Below, piece by piece: positions 18,541 through 25,256 of a stretch of DNA of 32,000 bases. The stretch is from positions 1,830,001-1,862,000 of the forward strand of contig NZ_LT934425.1 of assembly GCF_900232105.1 (NCBI RefSeq), given 5' to 3'. The stretch is from Candidatus Kuenenia stuttgartensis. GTDB taxonomy: Bacteria; Planctomycetota; Brocadiia; Brocadiales; Brocadiaceae. Position 1 is the stretch's first letter. Each line of letters opens with the position of its first letter. A model generated the notes under the pieces. The model was not told the origin of the DNA and did no database searches. It saw only the letters and a program-made list of their open reading frames with translations. The position numbers were made by a program, and so were the translations under genes.

Positions 18541-18820
18541 GTAACTATTACATTGTTTCGTTAAAATGTGTACGTAAAAAAATGTCATCGCGAGGAGTGT
18601 AGCGACGAAGCAATCTCTTGTTCCCAAAAGACTTAAGATTGCTTCGCTGTCGCTCGCAATGACGGTATCAATGTAGATATTTTAATGAAACGTTATACTA
18701 TTCAGCGCAAACGATACACGGCTCGTTTCCAAACAGATACTTCACTATGTTCAGTACAAGGTTTGGAAACGCGTTACGTTCTGATCTCCGGTGGTTTAAT
18801 AAATTACGCTGAATAGTTAC
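18541..18820. mobile_element. MITE-like element 'Rep-A', copy 2, interrupted by a nested element; flanked by an 8-bp target-site duplication
   Basis: GTAACTATT (18541-18549) plus CAGCGCAAACGATACACGG... to GAATAGTTAC (18703-18820) reconstitute a full Rep-A about 90% identical to copy 1. A perfect direct repeat ACTTTATC lies immediately outside both ends (18533-18540 and 18821-18828). Confidence 0.85.
18550..18696. mobile_element. 147-bp palindromic MITE-like element 'Rep-D' nested inside the left terminal repeat of Rep-A copy 2
   Basis: It is bounded by a duplicated ACTATT (18544-18549 and 18697-18702), which is part of the Rep-A TIR. It has imperfect 24-bp termini (ACATTGTTTCGTTAAAATGTGTAC versus the reverse complement of the right end, 17/24). 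The core long palindrome GTCATCGCGAGG...AGATTGCTTCGCTGTCGCTCGCAATGAC spans 18584-18663. Confidence 0.75.
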
Positions 18821-18867
18821 ACTTTATCAGTAATTTCTTTGCGTTTTTTGGCAAAATATTTAATAGT

Positions 18868-18984
18868 GAAACACGAAATGCTAAATACGAATCCACCCCC
18901 TTACCTCCTCCAAAGTGGGAGAATGTTCCCCGTCGGCGGGAGTAAGGGGGTGGATTTTGGAATTTGTTTCGTATTTCGTATTTT
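18868..18984. repeat. long imperfect palindrome (hairpin repeat)
   Basis: A perfect 13-bp stem pairs ATCCACCCCCTTA (18891-18903) with TAAGGGGGTGGAT (18943-18955). It extends through CTCC/GGAG and outer ACGAAAT-rich arms (18868-18890 versus 18956-18984). Confidence 0.7.
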
Positions 18985-19053
18985 TTATTTCTTGCTATGC
19001 CAGCTTAGGTAATTATCAGATTTCAGATTATGGAAAGCAAAAGGTGATGAAAA

Positions 19054-19350
19054 ATGACTCCGTATGAAATTTTAGGTATTGGCCTCTCAGCAGACGATGC
19101 GACGATCCGTAATGCTTATCTGGAGTTGGTAAAAAAACATCCGCCAGACAGGGCGCCGGAAATGTTCAAAAAAATTGCCAATGCATATGATCTGATACGG
19201 GATGAGAGAAAACGGTTGCACTATTATGTATTTAACAGAGATATGCCAATTAATCGTCCATTTGAGGCATTATTGCTGCATGCGGGAGTAACGAATAAGC
19301 GAAAACCCCCAAGTTTTGAAAGATTGAAGGAGCTGCTTAGTGATGTTTGA
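19054..19350 (+). CDS. J-domain-only protein (DnaJ-like co-chaperone) with non-canonical HPPD motif
   Basis: 98 aa. YEILGIGLSADDATIRNAYLELVKKHPPDRAPEMFKKIANAYDLIRDERKRLHY matches J-domain helices I-IV. There is no G/F region, zinc finger or C-terminal domain. Confidence 0.8.
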   Translation: MTPYEILGIGLSADDATIRNAYLELVKKHPPDRAPEMFKKIANAYDLIRDERKRLHYYVFNRDMPINRPFEALLLHAGVTNKRKPPSFERLKELLSDV

Positions 19351-19408
19351 TGAATCCCGAATGTGTGCATTTCAGGTTTTTTATAAATAATAATTTAGAG
19401 CAATTTTA

Positions 19409-20344
19409 ATGGCGAACACTAATAAGATCCCCACTTTCTACTCAGATTTTCGAAGAAGATTGGTTAATTTTCTGGCAAAAGTTTTTTTCTCAGGTAGGTT
19501 ACAAAAAAATGATAATATGCGCATCACGAAACCCGAAACCTCGATTCCGATGAAAGATGAATCCCAAATCCCGAATTCCCGGATTCCGGTTTCCGAAGAG
19601 GAATCTCTAATCGAAATCCAAAACCCCGAAATCCTGAATGTCGAAGATCTCGCCGGTAAAAATGAACCGGTAAATACAGACATTTGTTTAGAACTCCGGA
19701 AGACGGAAATGGAACGTGATTTCAGGCAATGGTTAAATGAATTATCTGAAATCCCCCGCGTAGAATTTACGGATGATGAACCGGATATCTATTCTTTCTA
19801 TGAGGAGCTTTGTGTTCTCAGAAATGAGGTGAGAAAAGGCGGGCGGAGAAATCATGACGTTTTAACACGGTTTGGAGAAAGTCTGGCGGGTTTTCAAAAT
19901 GTCCTTGTTGATATACAAAACCGGCTGGGTCAGGCAGATGCGAGAAAAAAGGAAGAAGAACTGCTTGCAAACAAGCGCCGTTTTCTGGCAGTGATTGATG
20001 TCTTTGAACGGATGGGAAGATTAAAAGAAAGATTATATACCCCGCCGAAAAAAAAACTTTTTAAAAATTACGGTAATTGGGAAAACGTTTGGAATCGGTT
20101 CCGGGAAGGTTTTGAGATTACGTATAGTTATTTAGAAAATTTATTGAAAAATGAAGGTATTACAAAAATGGAAACGCTCGGCAGATTATTTGATCCAGGC
20201 CAAATGAATGCAGTTGCCGTTGAGTATACGGACAAACATTTGCCTCATATGGTGATAGAAGAAATATCGCCTGGTTTCTTACAGGGAGAACGAGTTATTA
20301 AACTGGCAGAGGTAAAGATATCAAAAACGCAGGGGAGGGTATAG
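19409..20344 (+). CDS. grpE: GrpE-like nucleotide exchange factor (start uncertain: 19409 or internal ATG 19709)
   Basis: The C-terminal GrpE signature is LLKNEGITKMETLGRLFDPGQMNAVAVEYTDKHLPHMVIEEISPGFLQGERVIKLAEVKISK, preceded by a long-helix region (FLAVIDVFERMGRL). The first 100 codons are low-complexity and repeat-like and lack an SD. ATG 19709 is preceded by GGAAGACGGAA. Confidence 0.8.
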   Translation: MANTNKIPTFYSDFRRRLVNFLAKVFFSGRLQKNDNMRITKPETSIPMKDESQIPNSRIPVSEEESLIEIQNPEILNVEDLAGKNEPVNTDICLELRKTEMERDFRQWLNELSEIPRVEFTDDEPDIYSFYEELCVLRNEVRKGGRRNHDVLTRFGESLAGFQNVLVDIQNRLGQADARKKEEELLANKRRFLAVIDVFERMGRLKERLYTPPKKKLFKNYGNWENVWNRFREGFEITYSYLENLLKNEGITKMETLGRLFDPGQMNAVAVEYTDKHLPHMVIEEISPGFLQGERVIKLAEVKISKTQGRV

Positions 20345-20345
20345 C

Positions 20346-22106
20346 ATGGAAACAATAGTTGGGATAGATCTTGGCACCACGAATTCAGAGATATCCATTT
20401 TGGAGAATGGAAAACCAAAGGTTATTCCGGTGGACGATGATCTGATTATGCCGTCATGTGTCGGCATTGATATTACAGGCAAGCTTATTGTAGGGAAAAC
20501 GGCGAAAAACCAGGCAGTTTCGAGTCCCGAATCTACAATCTTCTCCATAAAAAGAAAAATGGGCGAGGATGTCAAGGTACGTTTGGGGGAAAAGGAGTTC
20601 CGTCCCGAAGAGATATCTTCTTTCATCCTGCTTACGCTTAAAAAACACGCCGAAAAATATCTTGGCAGTGAGATTAAAAAAGCGGTTATTACCGTTCCTG
20701 CATATTTTGACGACCGCCAAAGGAATGCAACCAGGGACGCCGGACTGTTAGCCGGCCTGGATGTGGTAAGGATTATCAATGAACCTACATCTGCGGCTAT
20801 TGCATACGATGCCGGTCACCCTGAAAATCACAAGCTTCTTGTTTATGATCTGGGAGGCGGCACGTTTGATGTGTCTCTTGTCGTTGTTGAAAATGGGGTA
20901 GTAGAGGTGCTGGCAAGTCACGGCGATACCAAATTAGGCGGAGATGATTTTGATCAATTGTTGTTCAATCATGTATTGCAGGTGTTTAAAAAAGAACATG
21001 GCGTCGATTTAAATGAAGATATAAGGGCAAGAAGAAGGCTTCTTAATACCCTGGAAAAGGCAAAACGTGAGCTTTCTGACCACCCTTTTGCGAAGATTAG
21101 AGAAGAATTTATTAGTAAGGAACTGCACCTTGAAATGGAGATATCCAGGAATGATTACGAGTCCATGATACGTCCGTTGTTGCAAAAAACATTGGACTGT
21201 ATCCATATGTGCCTCAAGGATGCATCATTCATCCCGGGCGATATCGATAAGGTAATATTAGTCGGCGGTTCAACACGGACTCCTTTAGTCCACGAAATCA
21301 TTACAAAGGAGATTGGAATAGAACCGCATTATGAAATCAACCCCGACCTGATAGTATCTATGGGGGCGGCAATACAGGGGGGTATTATTGCCGGACACAA
21401 AACGCAATCCATCCTTGTGGATATCACTCCTTACACCTTTGGCACCAGCGCTGTCGGAGACTATGACGGGGCAATTCATCACAATGTGTTTGTTCCTATT
21501 ATCAAACGCAACACACCCCTTCCCGTGAGCAAAGGCGAAGTATTTGGCACTATGGTTGATAATCAGGAGGCGGTAGAGGTCAATATTTATCAGGGAGAAG
21601 AACCGCTTGCAGAGGACAACATTTTTATCGGCAATTTCATGGTTCAGGGGCTGAGCGAGGCACCCGCCGGGAATAAAATCATTTTAAACCTTGAACTGGA
21701 TATTAACGGGATTCTGAAGGTTACTGCGGTTGAAAAAAATACGGGACTCTCAAAGGAAGTCACAATGGATACCAAAGACGTTGAATCAAACTTCAACATC
21801 ATTGAGTCGCAAAAGAATGTTGCTTCGCTGTTTTCAGAGGAAGAATTTGACAGCGAAGAGTTTAAGCTTATAACGAAAGAGGATGGAGGCCATGAAGCTC
21901 CTGCAGAAGAAAGTGATGCCATTGCCAGGACTAAAGACTTGAGAAGGCGCGCCGAGAAACTTATGGACTCAATATCCCTGGAGGACGAAAATGATATTCG
22001 CAATTTACTGGAAAAGAGTGAAAAGGCTGTAAACGAACATGATCTCGTGGAGTTGTCGGAGATAAATGAATCCCTTGAAGACATTATATTTTATTTGGAG
22101 GAGTGA
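20346..22106 (+). CDS. Hsp70-family chaperone (DnaK paralog with shortened acidic C-terminal lid)
   Basis: 586 aa with IVGIDLGTTNS, ITVPAYFDDRQRNATRDAGLLAGLDVVRIINEPTSAAIAY, VYDLGGGTFDVS and VILVGGSTRTPLV (actin-fold ATPase motifs). The SBD-beta reads VDITPYTFGTS...NIYQGEE...LELDINGILKVTAVEK. The start is 1 nt after the grpE-like stop. Confidence 0.92.
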   Translation: METIVGIDLGTTNSEISILENGKPKVIPVDDDLIMPSCVGIDITGKLIVGKTAKNQAVSSPESTIFSIKRKMGEDVKVRLGEKEFRPEEISSFILLTLKKHAEKYLGSEIKKAVITVPAYFDDRQRNATRDAGLLAGLDVVRIINEPTSAAIAYDAGHPENHKLLVYDLGGGTFDVSLVVVENGVVEVLASHGDTKLGGDDFDQLLFNHVLQVFKKEHGVDLNEDIRARRRLLNTLEKAKRELSDHPFAKIREEFISKELHLEMEISRNDYESMIRPLLQKTLDCIHMCLKDASFIPGDIDKVILVGGSTRTPLVHEIITKEIGIEPHYEINPDLIVSMGAAIQGGIIAGHKTQSILVDITPYTFGTSAVGDYDGAIHHNVFVPIIKRNTPLPVSKGEVFGTMVDNQEAVEVNIYQGEEPLAEDNIFIGNFMVQGLSEAPAGNKIILNLELDINGILKVTAVEKNTGLSKEVTMDTKDVESNFNIIESQKNVASLFSEEEFDSEEFKLITKEDGGHEAPAEESDAIARTKDLRRRAEKLMDSISLEDENDIRNLLEKSEKAVNEHDLVELSEINESLEDIIFYLEE

Positions 22107-22417
22107 TGGAGATTCAATGTCCTTCCTGCAAAAAGATAAATCCGGACTCACCGGAATGTGTAAGGTGCGGCTGTGAACTGGAATTATTAAAAACAATCCG
22201 GCAGGCTGCAGAAAAGGAAGTTTCACTGGGCAGGGAAAAGCTGGAAACGGGGAATGCAGGAAAGGCGCTAGACCATGCTACACGGTCATGGCGTTTAAAA
22301 AAATCAACCAATGCCGCAAGGCTGGCATTTCTGGCAAATGTTGCAGAAAAAAGATATGAGGACGCCATGCAATGGCATTGCCGGACCAAAAATCACTGCC
22401 ATAGTGAAGAAGACTAA
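22106..22417 (+). CDS. small zinc-ribbon protein with helical (TPR-like) tail
   Basis: About 103 aa reading MEIQCPSCKKINPDSPECVRCGCELE (CxxC...CxxC), then helices. ATG 22106 overlaps the Hsp70 TGA (GTGATGG), and GGAGGAG lies 5 nt upstream. The ORF track starts it at GTG 22103. Confidence 0.65.
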   Translation: MEIQCPSCKKINPDSPECVRCGCELELLKTIRQAAEKEVSLGREKLETGNAGKALDHATRSWRLKKSTNAARLAFLANVAEKRYEDAMQWHCRTKNHCHSEED

Positions 22418-22437
22418 TTCACTGATTGCGAATAGCG

Positions 22438-22508
22438 TAGGGGCGAAGCATTTACTATAAATTGTCATAAATGCGTTCATACCCAAACGGGCAAATGCTT
22501 CGCCCCTA
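22438..22508. mobile_element. MITE-like hairpin element 'Rep-B', copy 1 (71 bp), filling a convergent intergenic gap
   Basis: 14-bp perfect inverted termini GGGGCGAAGCATTT (22440-22453) and AAATGCTTCGCCCC (22493-22506), each flanked by TA. It is about 85% identical to the reverse complement of 30877-30944. Confidence 0.8.
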
Positions 22509-24254
22509 CTAAATTGTTACGATAGTTTTCCTGTAGTTCAGTAGTGTTTTTACCGCAACCCAAATAATGCCGAAAGAAAGGCCGAGAAGTACAACATCTG
22601 CAATAATAAGCGGCACATTGCCCTTTGGTATAAACTGGTGAACAAGCATTCCAACGAGCATTGTCAGCGTAGTGATGATCATAAATACCGCGGGTATTGC
22701 CGTGAGCCATAGATTCCTTCTTTTTGACAGCAGCCAGAATGAAATTATTATTAAGGTAAATGCCGCAAGAAGCTGGTTGCTCGTCCCGAAAATTAACCAT
22801 ATATTGCTTACCGTATTTTTGTATGCAAGCCCGATCATTAAACCAACCGCCATCCCCGAATTTACCCAATAATATCCAAGCATCTTCGGTGTGCGTTGAA
22901 AAACCGTTCTCCATAGTTCTTCAAAAAGATAGCGGTTTAATCTTACGGAGGTATCAAGAGTTGTAATGACAAATCCCTCTAAAAGAAGCATTCCGAAGAG
23001 GATCCCTAAAGGCAACGGCAATCCTAGCCCGATGTGAAGAGAGCGTCCGAGCGCAAGGGCAAAGGTTAATATCGGATTACATTTAAATCCTGATTCTTCA
23101 GAGGGAAATACAAGCTGTTTATACTGGACCATATCGAGTCCCATAATAACGGTAATGATAACACAAAGGGCAAGAAACGATTCCAGAAGCATCCCATAAT
23201 AGCCCACCGTATGCGCAGCGCCTTCGGATTTGATTTGTTTTGCGGTGGTGCCGCCGGCGCAAAGTGCGTGGAATCCGGAAATAGCCCCGCACGCAATAGT
23301 GATAAAAAGTCCGGGCCACAGGAAACCGAGATACAATGCACCTTCTTTCATATTATTTGCCGGGAAATTTACTTCAACACCCCGTATCCCGGATGCAATA
23401 ATTCCCAGAAAAAGCAATATCAGACCGATATAGAGAAGGTGCACATTAATAAAATCCCTCGACTGCAAAAATAACCAGACGGGTACACCGGCCGCAACGA
23501 TGGTGTACAGGGAAATGAGGAACATCCAGTGTTTTGGTTCCATGGTTATCGGCATATAGATTCCGGCGGCAACCGAAACAATACAAATAAAAATAGCGAA
23601 AAGAGCGCATTTTATGACAGAAACGTTGCGTTTAATGTAAAGATAGCCCATCAGCGGCGCAAAAACGGTGACAATAATAACCGACATCGATGCTATTCCG
23701 CCGATAAGCACCTTGCCCCCTGCTTCATCTGCCCACCGAAAGAATTTCTGGTCTTTGCTGAGACCGATATGTGTACTATCAATGATTGAAGTCAGGGCGG
23801 TTGCGGATGCGTTGAGAAATGTTGCATTAACCAGAACCAGCATGACGATGGCGAAGGAAATGATCATAACAAACGCGGCCGGGCCAAATGACTTTCTGGC
23901 GATTTCGCCAATAGATTTCCCCCCTTCCCGCACACTTATAAAGAGAGCGGAAAAATCATGGACGGCGCCGAAGAATATCCCGCCTAGTAATATCCATAAC
24001 CATGCGGGACCCCATCCGTAGATTAGTGCCATAACAGGGCCTATTATTGGCCCTGCTCCGGCAATTGCCGCGAAATGATGCGCAAAAACGATAGGGGTTG
24101 CAGTGGGCACGTAATCGCGTCCATCATTTATTTCTACCGCAGGGGTTTTTCTTCCGGAATCGACTCCCAAGGTATTTGATACGAATCTGGAGTAAAATCT
24201 ACCCGCCAGCAAAAAGCAGACAACGGAAATGCACAGAATAAAAATGGGATTCAT
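22509..24254 (-). CDS. cstA: carbon starvation protein A (CstA-family peptide/pyruvate transporter)
   Basis: 581 aa, highly hydrophobic. The N-terminal segment GRDYVPTATPIVFAHHFAAIAGAGPIIGPVMALIYGWGPAWLWILLGGIFFGAVHDF is the conserved CstA signature. Confidence 0.92.
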   Translation of the reverse strand: MNPIFILCISVVCFLLAGRFYSRFVSNTLGVDSGRKTPAVEINDGRDYVPTATPIVFAHHFAAIAGAGPIIGPVMALIYGWGPAWLWILLGGIFFGAVHDFSALFISVREGGKSIGEIARKSFGPAAFVMIISFAIVMLVLVNATFLNASATALTSIIDSTHIGLSKDQKFFRWADEAGGKVLIGGIASMSVIIVTVFAPLMGYLYIKRNVSVIKCALFAIFICIVSVAAGIYMPITMEPKHWMFLISLYTIVAAGVPVWLFLQSRDFINVHLLYIGLILLFLGIIASGIRGVEVNFPANNMKEGALYLGFLWPGLFITIACGAISGFHALCAGGTTAKQIKSEGAAHTVGYYGMLLESFLALCVIITVIMGLDMVQYKQLVFPSEESGFKCNPILTFALALGRSLHIGLGLPLPLGILFGMLLLEGFVITTLDTSVRLNRYLFEELWRTVFQRTPKMLGYYWVNSGMAVGLMIGLAYKNTVSNIWLIFGTSNQLLAAFTLIIISFWLLSKRRNLWLTAIPAVFMIITTLTMLVGMLVHQFIPKGNVPLIIADVVLLGLSFGIIWVAVKTLLNYRKTIVTI

Positions 24255-24329
24255 TGGTATGTTTTTTCGTAATATAAGTTAAAAAAATATGAGAACTACT
24301 ATTCAGGTTTTGATAATAGCATCTTTTCC

Positions 24330-24377
24330 GTAACTATTCAGCGTAAACGATACACGGCTCGTTCCCAAACCTTGTAC
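24330..24377. mobile_element. Rep-A copy 3, truncated (left 48 bp only)
   Basis: GTAACTATTCAGCGTAAACGATACACGGCTCGTTCCCAAACCTTGTAC matches copies 1 and 2 up to the seventh base of the central loop. Homology then stops abruptly. Confidence 0.85.
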
Positions 24378-24532
24378 GGGGTGTAAATCTTCTCAACGCG
24401 TCCTGCCACCTTTTGTAATTGCTGATAGAGCTTCTCTATACCCTCATCATAATGCTCAATAACACTCGACGGCAAGGTTACTACAAGACAAATCTTTTCT
24501 AATGCGCTTACCGCCTCGGCAAGTTCCTGCAT
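24338..24532 (-). pseudogene. remnant of a DUF499-type (COG1483-like) defence-island ATPase, fused to Rep-A
   Basis: (F)MQELAEAVSALEKICLVVTLPSSVIEHYDEGIEKLYQQLQKVAGRVEKIYTP resembles, from memory, the conserved F.Q.L.EAV......LVV(S/T)LP.S....E......L..V.GR.E...P block of ~1000-aa DUF499 proteins. The frame opens only about 9 codons upstream. Its last 12 codons and the stop are supplied by Rep-A copy 3. Confidence 0.5.
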
Positions 24533-24542
24533 AAAGGCCTTG

Positions 24543-24815
24543 TTAGCATTTTCCCCTCTTTATCTCAATAATCCTTTGAGCTGCTTCATCTAAATCCATA
24601 TCATAAAGCACAAGCGCCTCGTCTTCGTCAAAATTTATCTCAAAAGTTTTCTCTATTTCATACATTGGCTTAGTATCTTCGATTGTATCTGGGGGATTAA
24701 CCGTTGACCACATACAACACATTTGGTGTGAGTCCGGGTTATGCTTATACTTCTTCTGATATTTTTTGTAAATTTTGTATAGCTTTGCGTATGTTTCTTT
24801 ATATTCGTTGTCCAT
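24543..24815 (-). CDS. hypothetical protein (possibly shorter; acidic C-terminal domain)
   Basis: 90-aa ORF. The first ~35 aa are K/Y-rich low complexity and overlap the HicA-like reading frames. The C-terminal 55 aa (MWSTVNPPDTIEDTKPMYEIEKTFEINFDEDEALVLYDMDLDEAAQRIIEIKRGKC) look like a real small acidic domain. Confidence 0.35.
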   Translation of the reverse strand: MDNEYKETYAKLYKIYKKYQKKYKHNPDSHQMCCMWSTVNPPDTIEDTKPMYEIEKTFEINFDEDEALVLYDMDLDEAAQRIIEIKRGKC

Positions 24816-24927
24816 CTTTATCCTCGTATATCTTATGACTTCCGCTCTGTCGGGAAAAGTAAAATCCGGCTCTTTCTAATGCCTTGATTGTGTCTCCTGC
24901 GGTGACTTTTGGCAACTTCTCTGTCAT
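24799..24927 (-). pseudogene. hicA: HicA-family toxin, truncated or frameshifted after codon 42
   Basis: Translated by hand from the reverse strand: MTEKLPKVTAGDTIKALERAGFYFSRQSGSHKIYEDKDGQRI*. It matches the YcfA/HicA N-terminal two-thirds (KLP.V....IKALE..GF...RQ.GSH......DG.R) but lacks the VP.H...L..GTL..IL.Q tail. The ATG overlaps the HicB stop (ATGA). Confidence 0.6.
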
Positions 24928-25148
24928 ACTGATACTTCCATGAGGGTCAAACTCACAGAGTCAGATTGTTGAATATCTTCACCGCTTGCGATTCTATCTT
25001 CTATATGAAGCCTTATAGCGTCTTTGATATTTTCCAATGCCTCATTATAAGTATTTCCCTGTGCATAGCAACCCTAGGATTCAGGACAAAAGGCAAAATA
25101 ACCGTCACTGTCTTTTTCGATTATTACTGAAAATTTATATGTGACCAT
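24924..25148 (-). pseudogene. hicB: HicB-family antitoxin with an in-frame TAG at codon 25
   Basis: Hand translation: MVTYKFSVIIEKDSDGYFAFCPES*GCYAQGNTYNEALENIKDAIRLHIEDRIASGEDIQQSDSVSLTLMEVSV*. This is the classic HicB/UPF0150 pattern (..V..E.d.dGyfa..PEl.GC..qG.T.eEAl.NikeAI.l.le), interrupted where a PEL.GC residue is expected. It is missing from the ORF track because of the stop. Confidence 0.8.
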
Positions 25149-25256
25149 ATGTTCGACCCCCTACATTACCGGAATTTTTCAAAAACCCAAATTATTGCCA
25201 TGAATTAATACCTTCGTACTACTATCCATCAATTTCTTGTTTTTTATGCGTGTTTT

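Noticed and set aside
22304-22914. Minus-strand ORFs 22304-22486 and 22477-22914 crossing the Rep-B element and the end of cstA.
   Set aside because: They run through a non-coding hairpin repeat or out of frame with the strongly supported CstA ORF.
24543-24700. C-terminal half of the 90-aa ORF (MYEIEKTFEINFDEDEALVLYDMDLDEAAQRIIEI) resembles helices 2-4 of acyl carrier proteins.
   Set aside because: The phosphopantetheine DSL(D/E) serine motif is absent (DTIED instead) and there is no lipid or polyketide context. The resemblance is probably a generic acidic helix pattern.
25151-25161. GTTCGACCCCC next to the HicB start looked like a tRNA T-arm fragment, i.e. a possible integration-site remnant.
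   Set aside because: No acceptor or anticodon arm can be drawn from the flanking sequence. An 11-nt resemblance is not significant.
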